DNA of 28,801 bases, from NCBI GenBank assembly GCA_018061525.1, contig JAGOUB010000001.1, positions 1-28,801 of the forward strand. Direction: 5' to 3'. The position numbers and the translations under genes were made by a program. This document shows, piece by piece, positions 16,568-27,096 of the stretch. Position 1 is the stretch's first letter. Each line of letters begins with the position of its first letter. The notes beneath the pieces are model-generated. The model saw only the letters and a list, made by a program, of their open reading frames with translations, was not told where the DNA came from and did not search any database. The DNA comes from Candidatus Peribacteraceae bacterium. Its GTDB lineage: Bacteria; Patescibacteriota; Gracilibacteria; Peribacterales; Peribacteraceae.

Positions 16568-16624
16568 GGCTCCTGCTTCCGCCCTGGGCAACTGGGGAGC
16601 GGAGGCAGCGTCGGCTCATTCACA

Positions 16625-18447
<1,823 letters not shown>

Positions 18448-18475
18448 GGTGAAGCCGAAAGCTTTACTGCCAATA

Positions 18476-18498
18476 GACACCCCCGACGGGGTGTTTTT
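18476..18498 (+). terminator. Terminator ending the 16S-only transcript
   Basis: GACACCCC-cgac-GGGGTGTT followed by TTT, downstream of the processing stem. Confidence 0.8.
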
Positions 18499-18562
18499 GG
18501 CGTGCCTGCCCCGCTAGCATAGAGTCGCGTCCGCCCGTTCCTTTCCTCGTAGGAGTCCTGTC

Positions 18563-18952
18563 ATGTCCGTTCCCAACAAGTGGCTGGGCCCGACCGTCGC
18601 CGTCCTGGGGTATCTCGCCGCTCTGGCCCTGCTCGGCGCCGCTGCCTGGCAGTTCCTCCGCGAGGGCGTCGCCAGCATCGAATGCCCGCTGCGCACATCG
18701 CAGCTCCAGGCCATGGCCCTCTGCGTCAGCCTCCCCACCGGCCTCGGCCTGCCGGCTGCCTATCGCGCGCTCGGCCGTGCCGCCTGGCGTCCCCTCTTGG
18801 AGCCGGTGCTCCTGAGCCTGGCGCTCTTCCTGCTGATCAGCGGCGACGTCCTGGCCGCGGCTGGCCTGCATGCCTTGCCGTTGGTCTTCGGTATCCTCCT
18901 CGGCCTGGGCGTGCGCCGCTTCTTGGCCGACTGGCGCCCCGTCGTCTCCTGA
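18563..18952 (+). CDS. Small integral membrane hypothetical protein
   Basis: 129 aa with about 4 hydrophobic segments. AGGAG SD. TTGGCG-17-TAGAGT promoter at 18497-18525. Confidence 0.65.
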   Translation: MSVPNKWLGPTVAVLGYLAALALLGAAAWQFLREGVASIECPLRTSQLQAMALCVSLPTGLGLPAAYRALGRAAWRPLLEPVLLSLALFLLISGDVLAAAGLHALPLVFGILLGLGVRRFLADWRPVVS

Positions 18953-18968
18953 GGCGTTCATCGCCTCC

Positions 18969-18996
18969 CATCCCCAGACTCGCACTGGGGATGTTT
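18969..18996. terminator. Hairpin terminator between convergent genes
   Basis: CATCCCCAG-actcgca-CTGGGGATG followed by TTT. Confidence 0.65.
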
Positions 18997-19004
18997 CTCA
19001 TGCC

Positions 19005-19805
19005 TCACAGGCACTCCCGGCAGACCACCTCCCGCTCCTCGGGCAGCAGCAGCGCCCGGGCGCGCTCGCGGTGCGCTTCGGGCACGCGGGACAGCAGCTC
19101 TTGGAGAAAGCCCTCTGTGAGCATCGTTCGGGCCTCTGCTGGGGCGATACCGCGCGCCGCACAGGCGAAGACGTCCTCGGCCGTCAGGCGCGTGACCGTG
19201 GCGCCGTGGCTGGCCCTCACGTCGTTGGTGCGGATCTCCAGGGCCGGCACGGCCTCGATGCGCGCCTGCGGGTCGAGCATGAGCGCCTTCTGGCTGAGGT
19301 AGGTCTGCGTGCCGCCGCCATGCTCCCCAATCTCGATCAGTCCGTGCGCGTCGATGCGTCCGCGGCCCTTGGCTGCCAGCCGCATGGCCGTCTCTCCCCC
19401 GCCGCGCGGCCCGTCAAAAATATTCTCGGCTGTGATTCGCAGCCGCTGCCCATCATCGGCTAGCGCGATCCAATCCACCGAGCTCTTGGCGTCGGGGCCG
19501 GCCAGATGCGAGCGCAGCGTCTGGTGTACTTCACCGCCGCCGACCGACACCAGGTGCCAGCGGACCTCCGAGCCGCCGGCCAGCTCGGAGGAGAGTTCGA
19601 TCTCGGCGCTCTCCCCTGCTGGCAGCGCCTGCAGCACCGTGCAGTCACAGACCGCTCCCGCACCCAGCTCCAACCGCAGGGCTCGGAGTCGGGTTCCCGC
19701 TTCCAATGAAACGAACAGGTTGGCCGTCTCGCCCGCTGCCAACGTTACCGTCTGCGCTGCCAGAGCGGCATTGAGGGAATGGCCGATGTTGGGCGTCTTC
19801 GCCAT
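19005..19805 (-). CDS. sufD: SufD-like Fe-S assembly protein (short)
   Basis: SufBD beta-helix C-terminal half: QTYLSQKALML...ARIEAVPALEIRTNDVRASHGATV, ARGI...EAR.MLTEGFL. Start taken 8 nt after CATACT. Confidence 0.85.
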   Translation of the reverse strand: MAKTPNIGHSLNAALAAQTVTLAAGETANLFVSLEAGTRLRALRLELGAGAVCDCTVLQALPAGESAEIELSSELAGGSEVRWHLVSVGGGEVHQTLRSHLAGPDAKSSVDWIALADDGQRLRITAENIFDGPRGGGETAMRLAAKGRGRIDAHGLIEIGEHGGGTQTYLSQKALMLDPQARIEAVPALEIRTNDVRASHGATVTRLTAEDVFACAARGIAPAEARTMLTEGFLQELLSRVPEAHRERARALLLPEEREVVCRECL

Positions 19806-19884
19806 GCCCATGGAGTATGGCGCCGCCCGCCCCTGTCGGGAAGGACGCAAATCGGCTATACTAGTGAGATTCCTCCCCCTTTGT

Positions 19885-20154
19885 ATGTCGACCATCCCAC
19901 CCCTCGGCCCCAGCGACCGCGTCCAGCCCGTCTCTCCCGCCGCCGACGTGGGTGACGCCACTCGCCAGCCCAAGCCCCAGCCCGAGCAGCTCACGCCGAA
20001 GAAGCAGGTCGTCCTACGCGACGACGGCCAAGTAGAGATTCACCTTGAGGCGGGAGATCCGGTGGTCGTAGCCCTCGACGAGTTCGTCGCCAAGTACCGT
20101 GAGATTTTCGGCCAAGATCCACCCTCCGGATTGCTCGTGAACGAGCAGGCTTGA
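19885..20154 (+). CDS. Small hypothetical protein (89 aa)
   Basis: Plausible codon usage, TATACT at 19857-19862, pyrimidine-rich leader. Confidence 0.6.
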   Translation: MSTIPPLGPSDRVQPVSPAADVGDATRQPKPQPEQLTPKKQVVLRDDGQVEIHLEAGDPVVVALDEFVAKYREIFGQDPPSGLLVNEQA

Positions 20155-20161
20155 GACAGCG

Positions 20162-20187
20162 AAAAAAGCCTGGGGATGTCCCCAGGC
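20162..20187 (-). terminator. Intrinsic terminator
   Basis: Minus strand GCCTGGGG-acat-CCCCAGGC followed by TTTTTT. Confidence 0.8.
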
Positions 20188-20197
20188 GGTTCGGTCG

Positions 20198-20659
20198 TCA
20201 TTTGACGACCTGGATGGCCTTCAGGGCCGCTCTGTCGTGGCCCATGAAGTAGCGGGCGTAGGGGATGCTGATCCGCTCGTTGATGATCCTAAGCCCGCCG
20301 GTGGCGGCATGCAGGACCACCTGGCGCATCCAGCTCGAGTCCGGCCAGAGCAGGGCGAAGAGAGTCACATCGCGTCCGTGCGATTCGTACTGTTCCAGGA
20401 GTCGGACGCGCTGACGGTCATCCGCCACCATCTGCCCGATGATCGGTCCCAATTCCTCCTCGGCCTCGCGGATCATGCCGTCCACCACGCAGCAATCCGT
20501 TTCTTTCAGGCAGCCGTAGCACGTGACCTGGATGAACCCGGGCCACGTCTCGTACGCCATCCGCTCGGGGTCGAAGTGGCCCCGGGCATGCATCACGGCC
20601 ACGCGCCCGATCTCGGGCAGATCCGTCACGATCACTAGTCCTGTCGCTTGCGGTTTCAA
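20198..20659 (-). CDS. Degenerate NUDIX-like hydrolase
   Basis: G.LKETD......MIREAEEELG resembles the Nudix box. TTG start with an AAGGAGG SD. Confidence 0.6.
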   Translation of the reverse strand: MKPQATGLVIVTDLPEIGRVAVMHARGHFDPERMAYETWPGFIQVTCYGCLKETDCCVVDGMIREAEEELGPIIGQMVADDRQRVRLLEQYESHGRDVTLFALLWPDSSWMRQVVLHAATGGLRIINERISIPYARYFMGHDRAALKAIQVVK

Positions 20660-20703
20660 AGGACCTCCTTTAGCGCGAAAGCACCTGTTTCGATGATGGT
20701 ATT

Positions 20704-20731
20704 ATTATACGTATTTTATTGATATTGGCAA
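20704..20731 (-). promoter_or_regulatory. Near-consensus sigma70 promoter for the NUDIX-like gene
   Basis: Minus strand TTGCCA-16 nt-TATAAT in an AT-rich patch immediately after the sufB stop. Confidence 0.7.
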
Positions 20732-22165
20732 TCATCCGACGGAGCCCTCCATCTCGAGCTCGATCAGGCGATTCATCTCCACGGCGTACTCCAGCGGGAG
20801 CAGGCGGACGATGGGCTCGATGAAGCCCGAGACGATCATCGCCTTGGCCTCCTCTTCGCTGAGTCCGCGTGATTGCAGGTAGAAGATGTCTTCGGCCGAG
20901 AGCTTCCCCACCGTCGCCTCGTGCGCCACGGTCACGTCGTCGGTCTGCACGTCGATGTCGGGGATGGTGTCGGTGCGGCTGAACTCATCGAGCAGCAGCG
21001 CGTCGCACTCCACGCTGGCGGCGCTGCCGACGGCCTGCGGGGCCACCTTGAGCACGCCGCGGTACACGGCCGCGCCGCCGCCCTTGCTGATGGATTTACT
21101 GACCACGTTGCTGGAGGTGCGCGGAGCCAGATGAAAGACCTTGGCGCCCGTGTCCTGCCACTGGCCGGCATTGGCGAAGGCGATGGCCATGTGGTCGGCA
21201 CGCGCGCCCTCGCCCACGAGCATGGAGCAGGGATAGAGCATCGTCGCGCCGCTGCCCATGTTGCCGCCGATCCACTCGATGGCGCCGTCCCGCTCCACGA
21301 TCGCACGCTTGGTGTTGAGGTTATACGTGTCGCGGCTCCAGTTCTCGACCGAGCTGTAGCGGCAGTGCGCGCCGGGCTTTACGAAGACTTCCACCAGGCC
21401 GGCGTGCAGCGCTTGGCTGCCGTACTTGGGCGCGCTGCAGCCCTCGATGTAGTGCACTGAGGCGCCCTCCTCTACCACGATCAGCGTGTGTTCGAACTGG
21501 CCCATGTTGCGCGCATTCATGCGGAAATACGCCTGCAGCGGATCACGGACCTTCACGCCCTTCGGCACGTACAAGAAGGTGCCGCCGCTCCAAACCGCGC
21601 CGTGCAGCGCCGCGAATTTGTGGTCGGCGGGCGGCACACACTTCATGAAGTACTCCTTCACCAGCGCCTCGTGCGAATGTAGGGCAACGTCCATATCCAG
21701 GAACACCACGCCGAGCTCGTCCCACTCCTTCTTGAGTGAGTGGTAGATGACTTCGCTCTCGTACTGCGCGCCCACGCCGGCCAGCACCTTGCGCTCGGCT
21801 TCGGGAATACCGAGGCGGTCGTAGACGCGGCGGATCTCCTCGGGCACTTCGCCCCAGGTGGCCGACTCGCCGGCGCCGGCCGAGGCATAATAGATGATGT
21901 CGTCGAGGTCGAGCCTGGAGAGATCGGCGCCCCAGGTGGGCATCGGCTTCTCTCTAAAAATCTTCAGCGATTCCAAGCGGTGCGCGAGCATCCACTCCGG
22001 CTCGTTCTTATCGGCGCTGATCTTTCGGACGAGGTCTTCGTCCACGCCGCGCTTGGCCCCCACCGCGTACGGCGAGGGGTTTGGGGTATCGAGAATCTCA
22101 CGCGATAAGCCGGCGAAAATGCCCTGATCGTCGTTTTTAGCCGTTGCTGTCGGTTCCTTTCCCAA
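20732..22165 (-). CDS. sufB: Fe-S cluster assembly scaffold SufB
   Basis: LAGVGAQYESE, FAALHGAVWSGGTFLYVPKGV, QFEHTLI, YIEGCSAP, LHAGLVE, YSSVENWS, HEATVGK, FYLQSRGL, LPLEYAVE. TTG start 7 nt after TATACT. Confidence 0.96.
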   Translation of the reverse strand: MGKEPTATAKNDDQGIFAGLSREILDTPNPSPYAVGAKRGVDEDLVRKISADKNEPEWMLAHRLESLKIFREKPMPTWGADLSRLDLDDIIYYASAGAGESATWGEVPEEIRRVYDRLGIPEAERKVLAGVGAQYESEVIYHSLKKEWDELGVVFLDMDVALHSHEALVKEYFMKCVPPADHKFAALHGAVWSGGTFLYVPKGVKVRDPLQAYFRMNARNMGQFEHTLIVVEEGASVHYIEGCSAPKYGSQALHAGLVEVFVKPGAHCRYSSVENWSRDTYNLNTKRAIVERDGAIEWIGGNMGSGATMLYPCSMLVGEGARADHMAIAFANAGQWQDTGAKVFHLAPRTSSNVVSKSISKGGGAAVYRGVLKVAPQAVGSAASVECDALLLDEFSRTDTIPDIDVQTDDVTVAHEATVGKLSAEDIFYLQSRGLSEEEAKAMIVSGFIEPIVRLLPLEYAVEMNRLIELEMEGSVG

Positions 22166-22208
22166 GCGACGAAGTATAGCACATCCGCGCTTTCCGGAGA
22201 CAATCGGC

Positions 22209-23495
22209 TCAGGCCGCCTGGACCGTCGCGGCCGAGAGAGCGCTCATCAGCTGGAGCTGGGTCTTGGTCTGCAGAATCATGATGCGCTGCCTGGCGATGA
22301 TCTGGTCCTTGTCTTCGAGCAGGCAGATTTCAGCCATCGTCTCGTCGATCTCGCGGCGCAGCTTGTCTACCGACCACATCAGGCGGGCGATGATCTGCTC
22401 TTTGGCGCCGAGCTCATTGAGGAGTCCGCGCCCTTCGGCGTTGCGCATGAGGAAGGCGTAGAGCTTTGGGTCTTCTTCTTTCATCCGCTGCTTCTTCACG
22501 CGCTTGTGGCTGCCGGCGGCCGCATCGGCGGCGTCGACCATCAGCTGGAAAGCGTTAAACGCGACGGTATCGAAGGTGACCTCCTCGCTGTCGGCGCTCT
22601 GGTCGGCGGCCTGTTCCACTGCGCGTTCTACGGCGGGAGACAAGCGCGACGAGCCGATGCTCACCGAGGGCACGAAGGTCGAGGGCAATTGGTTGCGAAT
22701 GTCGGTGAGGGCCTCGCGCCGTTCGCCGTCGCTGCCCATGGCCAGCACGCTCTCGCGGCGGTCCTCGCCGGCGAAGCCGTAGTCCAGCAGGAAGGCGGCG
22801 TCGTCGAATCTCACAAAATCCTCGCTCAACGCACGATCGCCCTGGATGACGGCGCGCAGGCGGTCCTCCAGCTCACTCAGCACGGCGTCGGTCAGGGGCG
22901 AGCGTGAGCGGACTTTCATCATGAACTCATCGCCGCCGACGCTGTAGGCCTCGGTCCGGAGCCCCTGCTCTTGGCACCAGGCTGCCAATGCCTCCGGCGG
23001 CCGCACTAGGATATCGGCCAGGCGCTGCAGGTAGGCGCAGGCGTTACTGTGGTTCGTGCAGTCGACGATCGTCTTCATGCCGTCCACATCCAGGAAGACG
23101 GCGCCGGTATGCTCGATGACGGGCTTAGCTGCGGGATCAAGCAGCTCCTGCTCCAGCTCGTGGGCGATGATCGGCCGCAGGCACTGGTAGCTCTGGATGA
23201 TCGTGCCGTTGTGCGAGAGCACCAGGTCGGTGGCCACCTCCTTGTAGCCGGCCTTCACGCGCTGATTGAGAGCGGCCTCCATCTGCTCGCCCGTGAGGTG
23301 GTTTTGCGGATCGGTAAAGACGCTGCGCAAGATGACCACCTCGCCGTTCACGCGCTCGCGCAGGTACGGCGGCATTTGCTGGAGCAGGCGCTCGTAGAGG
23401 GGCGGACGCGCAGTGTCGGCGCGCAACGGTTCGGCGAGCCGCGAGAGTTCGGAACGCCAGTCGTCGTGGGCCGATACTGAATCCAAGTGAGGCAT
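22209..23495 (-). CDS. GGDEF-domain nucleotide cyclase-like protein with a divergent base-specificity site and C-terminal coiled coil
   Basis: AVFLDVDGMK...D...H, YSVGGDEF (22923-22937), SVSIG, ADAA....K. Confidence 0.8.
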   Translation of the reverse strand: MPHLDSVSAHDDWRSELSRLAEPLRADTARPPLYERLLQQMPPYLRERVNGEVVILRSVFTDPQNHLTGEQMEAALNQRVKAGYKEVATDLVLSHNGTIIQSYQCLRPIIAHELEQELLDPAAKPVIEHTGAVFLDVDGMKTIVDCTNHSNACAYLQRLADILVRPPEALAAWCQEQGLRTEAYSVGGDEFMMKVRSRSPLTDAVLSELEDRLRAVIQGDRALSEDFVRFDDAAFLLDYGFAGEDRRESVLAMGSDGERREALTDIRNQLPSTFVPSVSIGSSRLSPAVERAVEQAADQSADSEEVTFDTVAFNAFQLMVDAADAAAGSHKRVKKQRMKEEDPKLYAFLMRNAEGRGLLNELGAKEQIIARLMWSVDKLRREIDETMAEICLLEDKDQIIARQRIMILQTKTQLQLMSALSAATVQAA

Positions 23496-23580
23496 TCGGG
23501 CAGCCCTTTTACCGGCTCAAATCCACCTGCGCAACCTTTTCTGTACTTTTTTCTTTTTCAGGATGAAATATATTTCTGAG

Positions 23581-24024
23581 TCAGCGCTTCTGGAACAGTC
23601 CTGCGAGCAGCAAGACGACGGCGCCGATGGTGATGCACGAGTCGGCCACGTTGAAGATGGGGAAGGTTCCCACTTGGAACATGTCGGTCACGAGACCGTC
23701 CTGTGCGCGATCGAGCAGGTTGCCGAGCGCACCGCCGATGATCAGTCCGAAGCCCGCCTGCGCCAGCGGCGAGCGCGCGTCCTTGAGTGCGACCCACACC
23801 ACCAAGAGCAACGCGATGATGATCAAGATCGTCTGCACGGCCGGCGCGAACGTGAGGCCAAAGGCGATGCCGGGATTGAAGGCGAGCACCAATCCAACCC
23901 ACTCGCCGATGATCGCGATGCGGCCGGTGAGCAGCGCGTCCGCTAAGAATTTGCCGAGCAGGCTCAGCGCCAGCGCTACAACAGCGGCGATGAGGAGCGG
24001 GTGGCGGTCGCGAATCGTGAGCAT
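23581..24024 (-). CDS. lspA: Lipoprotein signal peptidase II
   Basis: NPGIAFG, GGALGNLLDR, G.VTDMF, FPIFNVADSCITIG. Confidence 0.95.
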   Translation of the reverse strand: MLTIRDRHPLLIAAVVALALSLLGKFLADALLTGRIAIIGEWVGLVLAFNPGIAFGLTFAPAVQTILIIIALLLVVWVALKDARSPLAQAGFGLIIGGALGNLLDRAQDGLVTDMFQVGTFPIFNVADSCITIGAVVLLLAGLFQKR

Positions 24025-24059
24025 GCGAAAACTCTAGCGGCGCGTTCCGGTGCGGTCGA

Positions 24060-24350
24060 TCAGCTCTCGTTCACTTCGATCTCCACCTCGCCCTCGGCTT
24101 TCACCCGCGTCTGGCAGCCCAGGCGGTAGGGATCCATCGTCACGCCCATGTTCTCCTCGCGGTCATTGCGGTCGTTCAAATTCTCCATGCCCGCCTTCAC
24201 CTGGCAGAGGCAGGTGGTGCAGAAGCCGTTGCCGCCGCAGGCGTGCTCCATGGGGATGGCGTTATCGAGCGCGATCTTGAGCACGCTCTGGCCTTCGGCC
24301 GCCTCGACGGTCTTGCTCTGGCCGGCGTAGTGGAATGTCACCTTGGTCAC
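24060..24350 (-). CDS. fdx: [2Fe-2S] ferredoxin (adrenodoxin/ISC type)
   Basis: HACGGNGFCTTC and RLGCQ. GTG start at 24350, 7 nt after TACCCT. Confidence 0.9.
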   Translation of the reverse strand: MTKVTFHYAGQSKTVEAAEGQSVLKIALDNAIPMEHACGGNGFCTTCLCQVKAGMENLNDRNDREENMGVTMDPYRLGCQTRVKAEGEVEIEVNES

Positions 24351-24399
24351 GGGCGCCAGGGTAGCGCCTGCGCCCCTTCGGGCCAATGCGGCGGACCGA

Positions 24400-24427
24400 T
24401 TGACAATTGGTCGATGCGTAGCAGAAT
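24400..24427 (+). promoter_or_regulatory. Sigma70 promoter for the small ORFan
   Basis: TTGACA-16 nt-CAGAAT. Confidence 0.55.
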
Positions 24428-24460
24428 GCGCGCGCGTTCGTTCCTATCTGGAGACCTGTC

Positions 24461-24724
24461 ATGCGTTGTCTTGTCCGAGCCGTCTGCCTCGTCGCCGCTT
24501 TCGTCGCCCTGGCGGGCGCCTCCTACCACTGCCACAAGGCGGACATGATCGGTCCGTCGATCATTCGCGCTAAGGATGCCGATCTGAAGCTTGTCCTCCA
24601 GGCACAGCTCGTCGAGCACAAGCTGGCGATGACCGCCTTCATCGTGGTCCTGCTCCTCGTGGGCACGGCCTTCGCCATCTTGGACCCCAGCCCGCCCGAG
24701 CGCGCCGACGCCGTGACGGACTGA
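24461..24724 (+). CDS. Small two-TM hypothetical protein
   Basis: 87 aa with two hydrophobic segments. GGAG SD, own promoter and terminator. Confidence 0.6.
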   Translation: MRCLVRAVCLVAAFVALAGASYHCHKADMIGPSIIRAKDADLKLVLQAQLVEHKLAMTAFIVVLLLVGTAFAILDPSPPERADAVTD

Positions 24725-24737
24725 ACAACCGTTCCCC

Positions 24738-24765
24738 TGGGGCCGACCGCGTGTCGGCCCCATTT
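24738..24765 (+). terminator. Intrinsic terminator
   Basis: TGGGGCCGAC-cgcgt-GTCGGCCCCA followed by TTT. Confidence 0.7.
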
Positions 24766-24807
24766 CTCCTGGCCCAACCTCCGCTGTTCTCCGATACTGT
24801 CCACGTC

Positions 24808-25593
24808 ATGCCTTCGCCCCTACTCTCGCTCCGCGGCCTGCGCGTCACCATCGCTGGCAAAGAGGTCGTGTCCGGCGTCGACCTGGAGATCCCCCAAGGC
24901 GAGGTCCACGCGCTGATGGGGCAGAACGGTTCGGGCAAGAGCAGCCTGGTGAGCGCGCTTGCCGGGCATCCTTCCTTCGAGGTCACTGCCGGCAGCGCCG
25001 AGTTCTTGGGGCAGGACCTGCTCGCTATGGAGCCGCACGAGCGAGCTCGCGCCGGACTCTTCCTAGCCTTCCAGTACCCGCGTGAATTGGCCGGCGTCTC
25101 GCTGCGTCAGTTCTTGTTCGCGGCCGTCTCGGCCCAGCGCACGGCCCGGGATCCTTCGGCGCCGCCCCTCTCGCCCATCGCCTTCCGCGACGAGTTGGCC
25201 GCGGCCATGGCTGCCCTCCACGTGGATCCCGCCTTCGCCGAGCGCTCGCTCAATCAGGGTTTCAGCGGCGGTGAGAAGAAAAAAGTAGAGGTGCTCCAGC
25301 TCTCCGTCCTCAAGCCGCGCCTGGCCCTGCTCGACGAGACCGACTCCGGCCTCGACGTGGATGCGCTCAAGATCGTGGCCGCCGGCGTGGAGCGCCAGCG
25401 CGGGTCCGAGTTCGGCGCGTTGGTCGTCACGCACTACGCGCGCATCCTCTCGCACCTCAAGCCCGACCGCGTGCACGTCATGCTCGCCGGCCGCCTGGTG
25501 GAGTCTGGCGGCGCCGATCTGGCCCACACCCTCGAGCGCGACGGCTACGCCAAGTACCGCTCAGCCGCCCAGTCGATCCCGCTGGATCGCTGA
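24808..25593 (+). CDS. sufC: Fe-S cluster assembly ABC ATPase SufC
   Basis: GEVHALMGQNGSGKS, GLFLAFQYP, GFSGGEKKK.E.LQ, LDETDSGLDVDAL, VTHY.R, GG..LA..LE..GY. Confidence 0.96.
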   Translation: MPSPLLSLRGLRVTIAGKEVVSGVDLEIPQGEVHALMGQNGSGKSSLVSALAGHPSFEVTAGSAEFLGQDLLAMEPHERARAGLFLAFQYPRELAGVSLRQFLFAAVSAQRTARDPSAPPLSPIAFRDELAAAMAALHVDPAFAERSLNQGFSGGEKKKVEVLQLSVLKPRLALLDETDSGLDVDALKIVAAGVERQRGSEFGALVVTHYARILSHLKPDRVHVMLAGRLVESGGADLAHTLERDGYAKYRSAAQSIPLDR

Positions 25594-25685
25594 TGAGGCT
25601 GTAACTTTCAGCCCTTTCATCCGTAGAAGATTGCGGAAGAGGTCCGTTCCTCTACTATCCTATTCGTTCTTCCCTCCCTCTCTTT

Positions 25686-26438
25686 ATGGCCGATACGACC
25701 ACCGTTAACGTCCGCCCGCCTGTATGGGCCCTCATCATCGCCGTCGCCCTCGGCGGCGGGTTCTACCTGGCCGGTAAGAACATCGAGACCGACTCGGTGC
25801 GCAATCCGCCCATGGTCATTTCTGTCAGCGGCGAAGGCAAGGTGACCGGCACGCCGGACATCGCCATGCTCTCGTTCGGCGTCCAGACCGACCGCCTGCC
25901 TACCGCGGAAGGTGCCACCAAAGATCTCGGTACGCGCATGAAGAAGATCGTCGACGCGCTCAAGGCGCAGGGCATTGCCGAAGGCGACATCGGAACACAG
26001 TCGCTCTCGCTCTACCCCGTCTACGACTACAACGACGGCCGCACGATCCCGCGCGGCTACCAGGCTGGCCAGACGCTCTCCGTGAAGGTGCGCGACACGG
26101 CCAAGGTCGGTGATGTGCTCTCGCTCGCCGCCACCAGCGGTGCCAACCAGATCGGCGGCGTCTCGTTCACGATCGACGATCCGGAAGCTCTCCGTGATGC
26201 CGCTCGCTCCGAGGCCATCGCCCAGGCCCAGGAGAAGGCCCAGGAGCTCGCCGGCCAGCTCGGCGGCCGCCTTGGCCGCATGACCGGCTTCAGCGAGAAC
26301 AGCGGCGGCTATTACCCGCCCATGATGTACGCCCGCGACGCGATGGCCGGAGCCGTGGCCAATGAGGCTAAGCTGGAAGTGCCCGCCGGCGACCAGGAGG
26401 TGACGGTGAACGTGTCTCTCACCTATGAGCTTCGCTGA
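25686..26438 (+). CDS. SIMPL (DUF541, YggE/BP26) domain protein
   Basis: N-terminal TM, ISVSGEGKV...PDIA, LK..GI...DI.T....LYP.Y, GANQIGGVSF, AR..AI..A..KA..LA, V.V.VS.TYEL. Confidence 0.9.
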   Translation: MADTTTVNVRPPVWALIIAVALGGGFYLAGKNIETDSVRNPPMVISVSGEGKVTGTPDIAMLSFGVQTDRLPTAEGATKDLGTRMKKIVDALKAQGIAEGDIGTQSLSLYPVYDYNDGRTIPRGYQAGQTLSVKVRDTAKVGDVLSLAATSGANQIGGVSFTIDDPEALRDAARSEAIAQAQEKAQELAGQLGGRLGRMTGFSENSGGYYPPMMYARDAMAGAVANEAKLEVPAGDQEVTVNVSLTYELR

Positions 26439-26997
26439 AGCCGCGTCGTTCCTGGCGAGCTACATCCGCCATCCCCGCGTCGTCTCGTCCGTCATTCCCA
26501 CGTCCAAGACCAGTGCCCGCGCGATCGCCGCCCTCGTGGCGGCCCGCGCGGGCTTGGTCGTGGTGGAGTACGGACCCGGCAGTGGTCCGGTGAGCGCCGC
26601 CGTGCTCGAACGCTTGGGTCCCGACGGCCGCCTCATCCTGATCGAGATGACGCCTGCATTGGCCGCCGGCCTCAGCCGTCGCTTCGCGCATGACGCGCGG
26701 GTGGATGTGGTGGAGGGGGATGCCGTCGACGTCGAGGCGATCCTCGCCGCTCGCGGGCTCACGCACGCCGACTACGTTCTGTGCAGCATCCCACTCTCGC
26801 TCATCGACCCGCCGGTCCGCGAGCGCATCCTGACCGCCACCGCACAACTGCTCGGACCCCAGGGTCGCTTTATCGTCTTCCTCTTTCGCCCCAAGGCGAC
26901 GGCGTCGCACCTGGCGCCGCACTTTCCGCGCACGGCTCCGCCTCGCCTGCTCCCGTGGAATATCCCGCCGCTCTGGCTCTTCGACGGTCGAATTTGA
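26425..26997 (+). CDS. SAM-dependent methyltransferase, PmtA/OlsG-like (phospholipid or ornithine-lipid N-methyltransferase)
   Basis: FL......P..V.SVIPTS, VVEYGPGSGPVS, LILIE, GDA, D.VLCSIPL. Overlaps the SIMPL stop by 14 nt. Confidence 0.8.
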   Translation: MSFAEAASFLASYIRHPRVVSSVIPTSKTSARAIAALVAARAGLVVVEYGPGSGPVSAAVLERLGPDGRLILIEMTPALAAGLSRRFAHDARVDVVEGDAVDVEAILAARGLTHADYVLCSIPLSLIDPPVRERILTATAQLLGPQGRFIVFLFRPKATASHLAPHFPRTAPPRLLPWNIPPLWLFDGRI

Positions 26998-27096
26998 CCC
27001 CAACCCAGCCGTGACGAACTGTCGAGTTTGGGTTTCTGGCGCCTTGTCACCTATGTTTTACGCTGCTAGGCTCATTTGCCGTGTAAACCCGGTTCC

